Of a stretch of DNA of 64,000 nt, positions 21,101-36,100 are shown one piece after another (position 1 is the stretch's first letter; every line of letters starts with the position of its first letter). This stretch comes from Botryllus schlosseri. Lineage: Eukaryota. The position numbers were made by a program, and so were the translations under genes. The notes beneath the pieces are model-generated. The model was not told the origin of the DNA. It made no database searches and saw only the letters and a program-made list of their open reading frames with translations. The stretch spans positions 3,410,001 through 3,474,000 of the forward strand of contig CM119382.1 in the NCBI GenBank assembly GCA_051294905.1, in the 5' to 3' direction.

Positions 21101-24100
21101 ATTTCAAAATCATCGTGAGTTGTGGTCCGAGTCGAGGCCTGAAATCTCCTCAACATGCAAAGTAAATATACCCGCCCCTCTTGTCAGCTAGATTTGAACT
21201 TCTTCATTGGGAGAAATCATGTCTTGAAGTAGAATTTTCAACAATAGACTTTATTGTTGGGAGAGGTTTAGATTATTTTGCTTACGTGCACCTACATTTC
21301 CCATCCCAGACAGAGCAGACAGGGTGCCAGCACAGTGTGGTGGTTAAGTAATAGTGTATGTTTTTTGGATCTGAATTCTCTGAAGTTTTTTGTAACGTTG
21401 ATGTCAAATAGTTTGATTGCTGATTGTTGATATGATCGTTACCGCCATTTCTACGCTCCAACCACAATAGTCTCGGTATGAGACTCTGCCAGTGATAAGA
21501 TGTAGGCCATAGGCCAATTTGGTACTAGATTTCGGAAAAACTTGTAACGTAAGAATAGCTTCTTTTAGGTACACAACTTCAATATACAAATGTAAGAATA
21601 TTTTGGAAAACAAAAAGTAAATTATTGAGACGGCAAGTTTCATGTCGTCACGAGAGTTTGTGTACCATCTAAAAATAGTAGGCCTACTTCGAGCTCAAGC
21701 GATCTTCTCGCTTCGATTAATCGAAATGTCATGCCAGTGACGTCATAATTGATGATGCGATTGTTGATATGCAGTGTTGTTTCCAATCCTCTACTAGCTC
21801 CTGACGATTGTCAGCCGAAAATATTCGGGTTTATTTCAGTGTGAATATGATTTTAAATTGTATATATATTGAAGTTCTGTAGAAGCAATTCTGTGTTTGT
21901 GTGATTAAAATGTGTCGTATTAAGAAATTGATGTGACACAGGGGAAATGCATCCTATATTTTATCAAATTTCTAGGTCTCGTTTTTCTGAGATGGATCGT
22001 TCCACCGGTACCTCCGATACATGTCAGGATGACGAGAGCGTCTCCGTACTTACGCAAGACACGGGAGTCTACGACGATGAATTAGAGGCATGCGCGGAAG
22101 GTGAAATGGTATGTCACCGAATCAGGAACTTAACCTTTAATTAACATCCTCATAACGCGCTATTGTTCCCACCGGATACCTTACTTCGATGTTATTGTGT
22201 TGAAATATGATTATCTAACAAAGGTCCCTCGCCTTCAATACTTCGTGAAACCTTATCCAATCAAAGATTTGTTTTAGACCTTTGTCTGCTCTCGCCGGTA
22301 CGGATTAGTATCAGATTGCCAGCAGTTATCCGGCGTTTGTTACCAAACAGAGTAACTCAAGCGTTTTAACAATCGCAATAACTTTCTGTTCCCTACAGAT
22401 TGATAAATGACATGTTATTAACATTGTAGCATTGGTTTCATCATTTATCACATTCACAGTGTGACTTTTAGTAAACATGATTAAATAATACTGGTAACGT
22501 CAACTCTTCTACTAGATTTGCCACAATCGTCAATAAACATGATGGTATTTACTATAATTTTACTATGACAGCCTTGCTCTCTGATATCATATATTTTCAA
22601 ACTTATTTCTAAGACTTTAAGGACTCATTTCGTGACTTGCTGTAAATAACTCAATAACTGTTTATGCTATCGCCCCTTTCTGCAATGATTGGCCAATTTT
22701 CATTTGTAAAAATTGAATATGTGAGTCATCAGGCCTATGTTGAGGGAGCATTTACATTCGCGCGAAAATTAACAGGATCGAATGGACAAATTCAGCACTA
22801 TTATCGATTAGTTGGTTAGTAGATTACATTGAGATGTAGGCTACCACATTATTACTAGGGCACTCACTCCTAATTACATATTATTGGATTAGGCCTACTC
22901 TTAGCCTGTGTCTAGTACTTACTATAATGATAGTCGATTTGTACTGTATTATCAATTTGTATTGTATTAGCAAATAGCAACAGACAATACTTCTTCCAAG
23001 TCTCGTCGCCTGCTTTATAGATATTTATGGAACCTTCAATTTACTTTCCCATCTCCGGCATCAATAAATCTCAAACTTCAAACAGCAAGAGCTTATTCAG
23101 CCGGCAACGATATGAAGCATTAAACTCCGGTGTATTTGCTTTGCTTATGCCTATTCGATGTAATGATAAGTTTCAGGCAGTATTGGACAACTACATAATT
23201 CTAGCTCTCTGGTTAGACCAACTAGAGTGAAATGCCATTTATCTAATTATAATTTAATTGCTGCTTTTTTAAATGATACAGCAGAGCTGTATCGTGCGCA
23301 ACGAGCCAGGCTCACTGTACATTTGGGGTATTCAAAAATGACTTTTTTTCTCAAATCGTACTGGCTACTTGATAAAATTGTTAGGTTACCTAATTTAAGC
23401 CTACGCAACAAATTTGGTTCAATTCCAACCAGTAGCCGCATTGCTACAGGAGAAGAAAGTTTCTATTTATTATATAAAAATAAATAACAAAAAAATTTGA
23501 AAATTTTCTGTTCACCCCATGAAAGTTTATATGGAAACGATGTTCACTAAATTTGGTTGAATTTCAACCAGTACAAGCGAAGTTATCGCCTTCGAAAAAT
23601 TTGGATTTGAATAAATAATTAAAGAATTGGTCACCGTAAATACTATTTTATTTATAATGGTAATTTTTCGACGGCGATAACTCCACTTCCACTGGTTGGA
23701 ATTGAGCCAAATTTGGTGTGTAGGCTTAAACTAGGTAACCTAACAATTTTATCAAGTAGCCAGTGCGATTTAAGGAAAAAAGTCATTTTTGAAGAGCCCT
23801 AATGTACATACATTTACCATCCTCATTTCGTGTGGTTCTTAACATTCTTGTGTTGTGTGGGCATCTTTTTTTCCCTTTACTATACTTTCTTGAAGGATCA
23901 TTAAGTACGATAGGCTACTGTATCCATGTTTCATCCACCATGATTAATCAGACTGGCCGTATTTTCCAATTAACATCAGATCATTGCTCATCGCTTTTTG
24001 AAGGGCCATTGAGAACGCGTAGTCCGCTTCAAGGATGTTGATGACCGCCTATCGGCCTTTGTAATTGAGACCTTCTGAATGGTTCTTATTTGGGCTTAGC

Positions 24101-27100
24101 CGGTATTATGTAGGATTTTCTACTGTACAGGGAGCAGTATAGCAAAGCTGATCATTAATTGGACTATCGAACACAATGTCAACTTGAATTTTGTTCAACG
24201 GAAATTTACGGAAATTGAAAAAATACATAGGCTAGATCAGATTTTGAGAATGATTTCAGACCGGTATTCCTAGTTCGTTTTTTTCAAAACTTTATACATA
24301 TATCACCATCACCAAATATCTCAAAAATTTGATAATACGGTTGTTGATATACGGCACAATGTTCTTTTCAATTCGCTACTAGTTGCTGACGATTATCCCT
24401 GACGAGTGTCAGCCGAAAATATTCGGGTTTATCTCAATGTAAATATATTATTCAGTCGTATATTGAAGTTCTGTACCTCCAAGAAGCTCTGCAAAAAGAA
24501 TCTAGTAGATATTGTCGAATTTTCGTAATGGAGTGTTTTAAAACCGGCATTTACCATGAATAATAACAAACAACGAACACAGAAGCATAATGATAAGGCG
24601 TAGCGGCCGATCATAAACAAATTACAAAGGTAGTCCCTAGAATTCAAAGCTTTTCACACTAATGCGGAGAAGTTCTTTCACACTAAAGAATTGAATTGAC
24701 TCACAATAAATATACTGCCTTTGGTGATGCTTTATGGGCGAGACCGGCGGCTTTATAGTCTGTAGTGTCCACTGCCACGGTTTTATTGTTATTGCAAACT
24801 ATTGATAGATGTAGTATGTATAGTGTCCTCTAAACTTAACCCAGCCTGTCATCACCCCAAAGGTTTTATAGTTGATCGACACACCTTGTGTATAATACAC
24901 TAATACAGTAACATCCCTTAACGCCTCCCGTGAGTCTGTCAGTAGGTATTGTGTAGTTGTCTTACTAGGACCGCCTTGAGTTTGTTGACATAGTTAAGAG
25001 TGAGCCTTTGTTGCTAGCACGAAGACATTGGCGGCAGTCAAGGTGACTTTTGTCTGGACGATAATGACATTGATTGCGTGGACGACACGGCCATCGCTAA
25101 TTTGGAAGATGATGACAATTTACTGGAGTCGGAAGGTTTGTTCATATGCTGTTGAACTTTGTTAATTGACTGAGCTTGGCTTGTTCAAAAATACATTTTT
25201 AGATTCCAGGGATTCACTGCTTAAATTGTTAGGTTGCCAACGCTGCAGACCAAATTTGGCTTGATTCCAACTGGTAGATATAAAGGCACAGCGGTTTGAA
25301 AATTTTTAATTTATTTTGAAAAAATATTTCAAATATTACTGTCAACCCAATGAATTTGTTGAGCTGTTTACAAAAACAATGCAAAACAAATTTGACACAA
25401 TTGCAACCCATAGAAGCGAAGTTATTTGAGTTTTTCATTAATAATTCTGGAATTACCCACCTTCCAGGCTATTTTTGCTCATCCAAAATTGTCAACTGCA
25501 GTAACTTCGCTTCTATCGGTTTGAAGTGAGAAAAAATTGTTCCCGCATCGTTCTTTTAAACAACTTAACCATTTCATAGGTTATATATTATATTATATAA
25601 ATAAATTCAAAATTTTCAAACTCAAGTGCGTTTACATCTACCAGTTGGAATCGAGCCAAATTTGGTATGCAGGGAATCAGCGAATCCCCAGAATCCGGAA
25701 AAAAAGTCATTGCAGTCACTGAAACAAATAACACCTACAATCTACATATTTCAAGGTCGTGAATTTTTGGAATTTGTTCTTAAAGTGTTAATATGCATAA
25801 AAAAAACTTGGGAACGTCACTACAACTGATTTTTACATGTCATAAACAGAAGTAAGTCATTTAAGAAAGAGAATTTATGATAAAAATAAACATTTATGTT
25901 GATTACCACAATTCGTCACAGTGGTATTAAAGTGACTTATGTCCCATTTACAAATCTTGAGTAAATTAACTTTATGTAAAGTTTTCATTCTCGTTCGAAC
26001 ATATATTGGCCTTGTAAGATTTTTTCTTAGTTTTAGCAGTTTTCAGTGGCATTGAGGTAACTTTGTTATGTTGACTGCAATGTGTGAAGCTGATTTTAAT
26101 ATCGAAGAGCCACTATACCCAAAAAATTATCCCTACTGGGAATACACCTAGAAGTGAATAATAGTCAATAAATTTTAAAAGTTTTAAAGTCTCAACTTTG
26201 GATCAGGGTAAATATCCGTGTGACCCTTGTTTAATTTTGAAAATTTGATTCAATTTTTGACGTTTTAACTTGTTTTTTTAGAAATGTCAGAGTCGGCCAG
26301 GACGTCTGTTATCGGAGACAGTCACCGGGGCTCTCTCGACGACACTACTGTCAAGCCGGGTCTGACCAAAAGTATTTTCAGCAACTGTCCGCCGGTCATC
26401 AACTTTGGCACGAAACATGAGAAAGGTACTTGTTGAAATGGGATTTCTAACTGCTATAACAATATGTGTTACCCTGGCTGCATATGAAACTTGATGAGAA
26501 TGCTCCATTTAGTGTAGTGTGGGATTATAATTCAACGTGAGCGACGTATATTGATTGAAATTCTTCACGACAGCTATAAAGGCAGTGTCTATAAAAGGGA
26601 GATTGATTTGTGACTGGGGACCTTGTGACTTGGTTGCAGCTCTGGTTCGGTGGTTCGCGTCGAGTCAAGTCTTTAGAAAGCACTGGACTCGAGTCATATT
26701 AGCGCAGTACGTTTCGTGTGGCCGGTTGGCCGAAAAGGTTGAAATTTCAGAAAAGTACTTTGCAAATCAATAGTCGTATCGTCAAATGTGTTGACAGTGG
26801 CATACAAAGTCGAGGCAAACAGATGGCTTAGGACAGTGGTTCCCAACCTTTTTCGTCTCGTGCCCCCCTTGACCGATATTTGAGCTAAAAATCCCCCCCC
26901 TATGAAAAAGTCGCCTGTGACTAGAAAAATGTGCTTTTTAACGCGTAACCATTTGTTGACTGAGCAATTAATGGCCAAACATATTCAGATATGTCCGAAC
27001 TATGGCGAATGCGCACTAAACTTTGGTAAAGTACAGTCAAATTTGACCTGTTTTTGACCGGTCGGGTAGCCGCTGACGAATAATAAATCACCAAGTCCGC

Positions 27101-30100
27101 TTGCTATGGACTTGGGTTGAATCAATGAATTGGGTACGGTATGCTTTTCACGTTAGCTCATATGTTGGCTTAAAAAGTTAAACAATTTCACTAGCGGCCT
27201 TGTGCCGAATTCGGCTTGACGTTTTCCTGCCTAGCAATTTGGTTGAGATGCTGTCGCAGAGCTAGCAAAATCGTCTCGTGAGCCTCACTTTACCAGGGGT
27301 GCAATATCTACGGAAGACACCTAGCTTGAAATCCGCCAAAGAAACATACAGTTGTAAAGAACTAATTTCTACTAGACAGTTCTATACCATAAAAATCAAT
27401 AAACCTTGTGAACCCAGTGTATCTACCGATGCAATGCCAAAGCCAGATTTCCCCTAAAAAACTTGAGACAGATTCCCCCCTGAAAATTTCAACATTCCAT
27501 CCATGGTGGAATTCCCCCCGGTTGGGAACCACTGGCTTAGGATGAGTGTGCTATTTTTTCACTGGAACCACTTCCTTTACAGTGGAACCGTTGCCGTCCC
27601 ATATCAGAAAGCTTTTAAAGTGGAAAATGAGCCCGATCACTCCCATCGTCGTTAGGAACACTGTCGCCAGATCTGGGTTCAAGCCTTCCAAAAGTATGTA
27701 CAAAATTTTGTGGTGAATTTGCATTCTTGTACCTTAGAGCAGAGGTTATTAACCTTTACTGTATAAGTATAAGTATTTACCTTACTAACCCGGTGAACCC
27801 GTACACTAATTTGCGAGTCTTCGGCGAACCCCGAATTTTCTAATAGTCACAAAAACATTACTATAGAACACTGGTGCACAAATGAACCGTGCATCAACAA
27901 CAGCGTGAAAATTACAAAACCATTAAAACGCGGTTTTCACACAAAAAAAAGACATCGAAATCAAAATTAGTTCAAATCAGTGTGATTTCTACTGCGTGAG
28001 TTGGATGTGCGTATCGACCCTGACTGAACCCCTGAGACTGGCACAGCGAACTCCTGGGGCCTGGGGCTCGTTCGCACCTCGTTTGAGAACCACTGCTTCA
28101 GAGATTTGAACACTTTGCTGAATGCTATTCTCGGTATTATATATATATTATGTGTTAGTATACAATTGAATTAGACCCTATATATTCAAAATTGAAATAA
28201 ACTTGAATATTTTCGCCTGATGCTCGTCAGGGTTGATCATCAGCAACTAGTAGAGAATGGGAATGAACATTGTATATTAACAAATATATGAAGTCGCCGG
28301 CACGATAGTATTTCTGTTTTAAGAAAACTATGATTGGATCGGATATTTCGGGAAGCACATGAAAGCCAGCGGTTTCAGATCATTGAAGGAGTATCAAAAG
28401 GTAGGCGAAATAAATTGATTGAAAAAAAACTGGTAACCGATTTTTTTCCGTTTTTGTCTTCAGATTAATCATTTTCCGGGCTCGTTCCAGCTCGGCAGAA
28501 AAGACAGATTGTGGCGAAATTTGTCGAGGATGCAGGTATGACATTGATATGTGTGTTGATTGCCGGAGATTTGAAGATGTAACACAATGAAAAAAGACAG
28601 TTGGGCATGCAACACTTCACCATGCGTCACTTGAGCATGTGACTTTATAACCCCGAAACTAACCCTAGCCCTAACCCTGCTGCAGGCTATTTTTTATGGG
28701 AGAATTCTGACCATAGGTCAGTTGCTTTGGTATTGTGATGTCCAATTGGTATTAGTGATATGCCCATTGCAGTAAGTTGCAAGGCGGTAAGGGTGCTAAA
28801 ATGGCTAAATACTTTCCTTCGATCATTATCAGGCAAAATTCGGGAAAAAAGAATTTGCTTTTGTGCCGCAATCGTACATTTTGCCTTGGGACAAAAAGTT
28901 GCTGAAAACGGCATTTGAGGAAGGCGGCTCAAAGCAAAAATTCATCATCAAACCGGTAACTAAAATCTCAAGAATTTGATATCGGAATATATTTTTGCAT
29001 TTGTTTTATCCATGTCTTATGTTTATTCAGCCGGCGTCCGCTCGTGGGATTGGCATCAAGCTCATCCACAAATGGAATCAAATACCAACCAGGAAACCCG
29101 TTCTTGTGCAGAAGTAAGTAATACGGTACTGTACTGAGTTGATAAATCTGTTTTCAAATTTTAGGCTGCGGTGTTTGAGAGACTTGCAATTTTCAGGTAT
29201 TTATCGAAGCCTCTGCTACTCAACGGATTCAAGTTTGATATTCGACTTTATGTTTATGTCTCGTCTTTCGATCCATTACGCATCTACCTCTTCGACGATG
29301 GGCTCGTGCGTTTCGCTACCACAAAGTGAGTAACGCGTACTTCCGGCATTTATTTTTACCAAAGTTGCATGTGACTGTATCTTGTTGCTATGACTATTTC
29401 ACATCTAGACCTGATAGAAAGATATCTCAAAGCTACTGTCTTTTTTACAACATCGAACGTGTCACAATTAAGTAGTTTTGCTTAAAAAACTATTAATTTC
29501 GTCAAAAACTATAACCGCTTGCGTGAATAGTACTTTTATCAAAATCCGCGGACTTAGTTTGTATCAACACAAGAAGTTTGTGTGTAATCTAAAAGTAGTG
29601 CAATGTGCTCAAATATTCGAATTTTAACGCAGGTGACGTCATATTAGTTAATACGACTTTTAATATATAAGTTCTTTTGAATTCTCTGACGATTACCCCT
29701 GACGAGTGTCAACGGAAATATGTGTGTGTACTGTGTATTTCAATATGAATATATTTATCAGTTGCATACAGGGTCGTAATGACTCGAGTCATGACTCGAC
29801 TTGAGTCGCGATTTTTTGATGATTCATCTCGGCTCGAGTCGAGTCAATTTTTGTATTGACTCGACTTGTGCTCGGGTCAATGTGCATGACTCGAACCAAG
29901 TCATATGACTCGAGACTAGGACGGCCAAGACAGACGTTTCGTCGTAACTTTGAAGAGTAAAGTTACCACATGATTGGTATTTCGTCTATCAGTCCTGGTA
30001 CTCGGAAAATAGGGCCAGAAACTGTTAGGACTGAGAAAAATGGCTATATTATAAATGCGAGCCATTCTATATCACTCGAGCGGAGTTGAAAAAAAGGGGT

Positions 30101-33100
30101 TGGACCAGATTGAACTGAAAACTGAACAGTGAACATAATGGCTTGGACTCGGACTCGACCCTCTATTAGCTGTCTCGGACTTACTTGAGTCTGTGGTGAA
30201 TTGAAAATGAATCGACTTGACTCGAGTCAAAACTATAAAACTGAGATTGACTTGTGACTCGGGGCCTTGTGACTTTGTCGCAACCCTTTTTGCGAATGAA
30301 GTAGTACAAATATTCAAAACTCAGTTAAAAACTCAAGCAATGCCTGTACAGTACTTACCACTGACCAACTCTGCTTATAACATCCAGCCCTGAATTCCAT
30401 CTTCAGGTACTCAACCTCGTCGAAACACTTGAGCAACCGATATATGCATCTCACAAACTATAGCATCAACAAGCACTCTGGCGATTTTCAGCAAAACGAC
30501 GACATTAATCTCTGTCAAGGACACAAATGGTGGGAGATTCTATAGCCGCACGCGGCCAGACAGTATGTTATGTTTCTCTGTTGTACTATTCAGGGGCCTG
30601 AAAGCGCTGTGGGGGCAATTGCAGGAACGTGGTGTCAATACCGATAAGATTTGGGCGCAGATGAAAGATATTGTCATTAAAACGATAATAAGGTGAGATC
30701 TACTGCTTAAGAACGCCAGTAATTTCATTACCCATTTCATAACACCATGTCAACCCCGTTTGTTTCATTTGACAGTTGATGATTCACAATTAGCAGGTAA
30801 TAGGCCGTCTGCAACTATAGGCCTATAAAGTAAGCTACAAGATGTTAAATGATAAGTTCACCGACAGTGCAACCTCTACGATACAAACAAAATGCGGGTT
30901 GCCAAAAATATTGACTTTGTAAACAATTCTGACAATTTTTGACCAATTTTGACAAAATTTTGACATACATAAACACTATATATAAACACTATGACTTGGA
31001 CTCGGACTCGAGTCTTAACACTATGAACACTATATATAAACACTATATATAAACACTATAGATAAACACTATATATAAACACTATATATAAACACTATAT
31101 ATAAACACTATAGATAAACACTATATATAAACACTATATATGAACACTATGACTTGGACTCGGACTCGAGTCTTAACACTATGAACACTATATATAAACA
31201 CTATATGTAAACACTATAGATAAACACTATATATAAACACTATGACTTGGACTCGGACTCGAGTCTTAGCACTATGAACACTATATATAAACACTATAGA
31301 TAAACACTATATACAAACACTATATATAAACACTATGACTTGGACTCGAGTCTTAACATTCTTGAACTGAATTGAAAATGACTCGACTTCACTCGAGTCG
31401 AAACTATAAAAGTCAATTGACTTTTGACTCAGAACCTTGTGACTTGATTACAATCCTGCTTGCTACGGCCTTTGCGTATTTCTTCCAGCGTGGAGCATTT
31501 CACAAACAGCCTTATCAAAGCGAACTGCCGTCGGAAAAGTTGTTGTCATGAGCTTTTTGGCTTTGACATCATGCTGGACGATCGCTATCATCCTTGGATT
31601 TTGGAAGTGAACATATCGCCGAGGTTGGTACGCTGTATACCCGCTTTAAGAAACGGAGATTGTTCAAAATTTTGTGCCTGTGACGTCATGATTGCTGATA
31701 CGATTGTTCTTTTCAATTCTCTACTAGCTGCTGACGAGTGTCAGCCGAATGTATTTGGGTATATTTCGATATGAATATACTATTGTATATATAGACTAAA
31801 CTATTGTAAAAGGATTGTTCAATAACATATTTTTCGGATTCCGGGGATTCATTGATTAATTTGTTAGACTTCCTAAAATAACGCTCCACGCCTAATTTGG
31901 CTCAATTCCAACTGGTAGATGTGAACGCACAGGAGTTATACACATTTTGAATATAAAAAAGCTTTTTGGAGGTACATAAATTCAAAATACAATTGAATAT
32001 TATATTCATATCGAAATGAACTCGAATATTTTCGGCGGACACTCGTCAGGGGTAATCGTCAGCAATCTGTGGAGAATTGGAAGGAACACACAAAATATGA
32101 TGTTACCAGCATGAAATTTCGGGTTCATTTCAATATGAACATATCATTCAATTTTGTATTTATCGCATAAGAATTGAGAATTTTTTTCAAATTTTACTGT
32201 ACCCCCGTGAAATTGCCGAATTTTCCACAAAGATGACGCGAAACAAATTTGAAACGATTCCAACCCGCAGAAAGGGAAGTTATTTTAGTTTTTCGTTAAT
32301 AATTCTGGGGCCACCCGCCGTCCAGGCTGTTTTCGCAAATCCGAAATTTTTGACTGCAGAAAGTCTTATGCACCATACTTTTAGACGAATTAACAATTTC
32401 ATTGACAGTAAAGTTTGAAACTCTAAAAAAGTTTGCTTCTACATTTTTGTTTTTGTATTTCTCTCACACAGTCTGCATTCGAATTCTCCCCTCGACGTGG
32501 AGATCAAAGGACAAATGGTCGCCGACATGTTTAATCTCGCGGGATTCCCGGTTCCCGATAAAAAAGTGATCGCGTCCAATTCTCCTACTCCCTCAAGTAG
32601 CAGGTGAGTTGAATGTTGCATATAGGCCGTAGATTCTTAAACTGTTATAGCTTAATATAGTTGTAGTTACAACATTGACCTTTTATGCACCCTTAAGACT
32701 ATTCCGCAAACCCACAAGGAGTCCACGGACCCCATGTTAATAACTTTATCCACATGGTATGAGCTTCGATACGTACTGCTCGGGTATCTAATTATGCGGG
32801 AGGTTTGTGCCTTTTTAAATATTGTTACCATATTTTGGGACCCAGAAAGGAACACAGTTTTTAGAAATCACAAAAGACATATTCCTGGACAGGAAAATTG
32901 CAGATTTTAGAATTTTTACAGGAAATCACAATACTGCTCTGGTGTTGACCAAAAAAAGGTCATTATTGCCTACCTGTTCATTAGCCTGAGGTCGACGCTA
33001 TAAAGGAGGACGTTTTCGATTATCTGAAAAAGGAGGACAAATCCTACTTAAGGAGTACGTATGGTAACCAGGGTTGTAACCAAGTCACAAGGCTCCGAGT

Positions 33101-36100
33101 CACAAGTCAATTCACCACCGAGTCAAGTCCGAGTCCAAGTCATTGAGCAGAAGGTCGAGTCCGAGTCATGGTATTATGACTCGAGTCCGAGTCCAAGTCA
33201 TTGTGTTGACTGCTTAGTTTCCAGTTAAAGTCTTGTTACACCCACTTTTTATAACACTGTTTGGTGATATCAAATGGTTCGCATTTATAATATACCAATT
33301 TCCCTAACTTTTAACAGTTTCTGGTCTAATTTTCAAGCACCAGTACCGATACACGAAATCCCAAGAGTGTGGTTACTTTGCTATTCTTCAAATTACAATG
33401 AATTGTCGGTCTTGGCCTGAGTCTCGAGTCATATGACTTGGATCGTGTCAGGCGCGATGACTCGAGTCCAAGTCGAGTCAATACACAGATTGACTCGAGT
33501 CATCTGAAAATCTTGACTCGAGTCATTACAACCCTGATGGTAACCCTAATTTTAAAGAGACCAGTGGTTCTCAAGCATTTTCAAGGTATCCGCAAAATCT
33601 CTAAACTCTCTAAATGATTGATAACCTGAGTTTTCTTAAAGTAGGGAAATCACAAGGCAGTTTTACTTCATAACTGCTAAAACTTCAGGACTCACATCAA
33701 CAGCATGGCCGCGTGGGATGAAATATCCTACCATGCAAGTTCATTTCAATTGCCAATTTGCCAGTAGCCTACCGATACAAACATAGTGCTGTTTGGAGTT
33801 GATTTTTGGGGGTTTGTGGAATAATAAAAAGTTGGAGTGGTAAGGTCATTTTGTTGATGTTTATCACTCGCCTACAGTCGAGTGTCACTGAAATAGACCA
33901 TTCTTAGTTTGATACCGCTGATTTTAGATTAAATATTGGGATTATAACTCAGATAGAATAAGGTAGAAAGCCCCGAAATAATTAGGTTGTATGGCGATCG
34001 TTGATTTCAACTTTTTCGCAGCGCAACTGCGGTTCAAAGCTCGACGTTCAGTCAAGACAAGAGAAAAGAAAGCTTGGAGATCACCTGCGACACAAGGGCG
34101 AAACACACATATTTCGCTCGCCATTATAAGCAGTTTACAGAGGTATTGCATTTTTCGGTGAAGAGATTTTGTCTCCTGTATGTCTTGAATTGTGGTTTTG
34201 CAATCTCTTTCAGTCTGAGGTGATGACAATGATGCTGGACACGCTGACGGTGAACGACATTCAGATGCTGGTCGAGAGTGAAGACGAATTTAGCAGACGA
34301 GGACATTTTCAAAGAATCTTTCCAGGCGGAGAGGGGACCAGGTGAGTTTTCGCGAACGGACCAGTCCAAGATACATGCGTTGTTAAAATTAGAAAAAATC
34401 AACTTGTGAAGAAAATTAAGTTTTTTTACAATCTCGCGTTCAACGTTTGACGAAACTTCATTCACGAAAAAAAAAAATCTCGTGTTGAAAATTTGAAAAT
34501 ATTCCTTCTTGGAAAAATTGTTTTCTCATAAAATCTCTCGTTCAAAAATTTGAAACAATCAACGAAAGGTCAAAGTTTTGTTCTTATGAAATCTCGTGCC
34601 TGAAGAAATTGATTAAGGGAAAAAAATTAATCTGCGTCAAAATCTTGTTTTATAAGGTCTCTCGTATAAAATTTGGGAAAAAAATTGATTACCGAAAAAT
34701 TGTGTTTTTTATAAAATATCGCGTTTAGCGTTTGAAAAAGTAATTATGTGAAGATTATGTTTATAAAATATCACGTTCAAAATTTGAAAAAATTAATTTA
34801 TCGAAATTATGATTTATAAAATGGTTACAATTTGAAGAAAATGATTATCTGAAAAATAATCGCGTCAAAATCTTGTTTTGGTAAAGTCTCTCGTCTAAAA
34901 TTTGAACAAATAATGACTGGAAAAATAGCTCTCGTATTTGACATTTCATGCTGGTGCCTATTTTGTGCTACGATTGTAGATATGCGATGTTCTTTTGAAT
35001 TCTCTACTAGTCATTGACGATTACCCCTGACGAGTGTCAGCCGAAAATATTCGGGTTCATTTCAATATCAATATACTATTCAATTGTTCCATTTCAGGAA
35101 ATACTTCAGCTACTTTGAACAACCACGTTACTACAACACGCTCCTCCACACGTGGGAGTTGAAATATGCAAGCCACCGGCAGAAAGGCAAATGCAACTCT
35201 AACTCAGGCAACAGATCGATTTCACAGCAAATTTTTCTTGTGCGCAGGTAACCTGATACTGGAATCTTTCTGCCGGCGCGGGATTCATCTGCTGAGCAGC
35301 GTCACGTCAGGCGGCAGGGCTATTCCTATGGAACACGTTTGGACTATCGCGAGACAGAGCAAAGTGTTTGCGTCTCCGCGGTATGGTCTCATCTTGTTGT
35401 CTATAGTTGAATCAATGGATGTAACCGAGTCACAAGTCAATTTGACTCGAGTCTAGTCCAAGTCATAGTATTTACTTCGAGCATGTGGGTTAAATTACGG
35501 TTTAGGGATGGATTAGGGTTCGATTTATGGTTGGGTTAGGGTTAGGTTTGGGATTAGGATATATACAAGGGTTAATTTCAGGGCTATGTTTCGGGTTAGG
35601 GTAAGTTTTTGGGTTATTTAGTCACATGATGAAGCGTCCCGCGCTGAACTGCCGTTTTCCATTATGTCGGATGCTCATATGTCGGGCGACCATGCAGAAT
35701 GTGTTGAGTCCAGGGTTGTAATGTCTCGAGTCACGATTTTCTGATGACTCAACTTAACAAGAGTCATTTTCTCAAAACCCGAAAATGACTCGACTCGAGT
35801 CAATCTGCGTATTGACTCGACTTGGACTCCAGTCATTGCGCATGACTCGAACCAAGTCATATGACTCGAGACTCAGACGGCCAAGACCGACATTTTATTG
35901 TAATTTCAAAGAATAGTAAAGTAACCGCCCTATTGGGATTTTGTCTATTGGCACTGGTACTTTAAAATGCGACCGGAAACTGTTAAAAGTGAGGAAAATT
36001 AGTATTCTATAAATGCGATATCACCAAACAGAGTTATAAAAGAGGGTTTAACAAGACATTAACTGGAAACTGAGCAGTCAACGCAATGACTTGGGACTCG

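Noticed and set aside
30968-31360. CRISPR-like repeat/spacer appearance (also 51770-52460)
   Set aside because: The spacers are themselves repeats, there are no cas genes, and the context is a eukaryotic intron.
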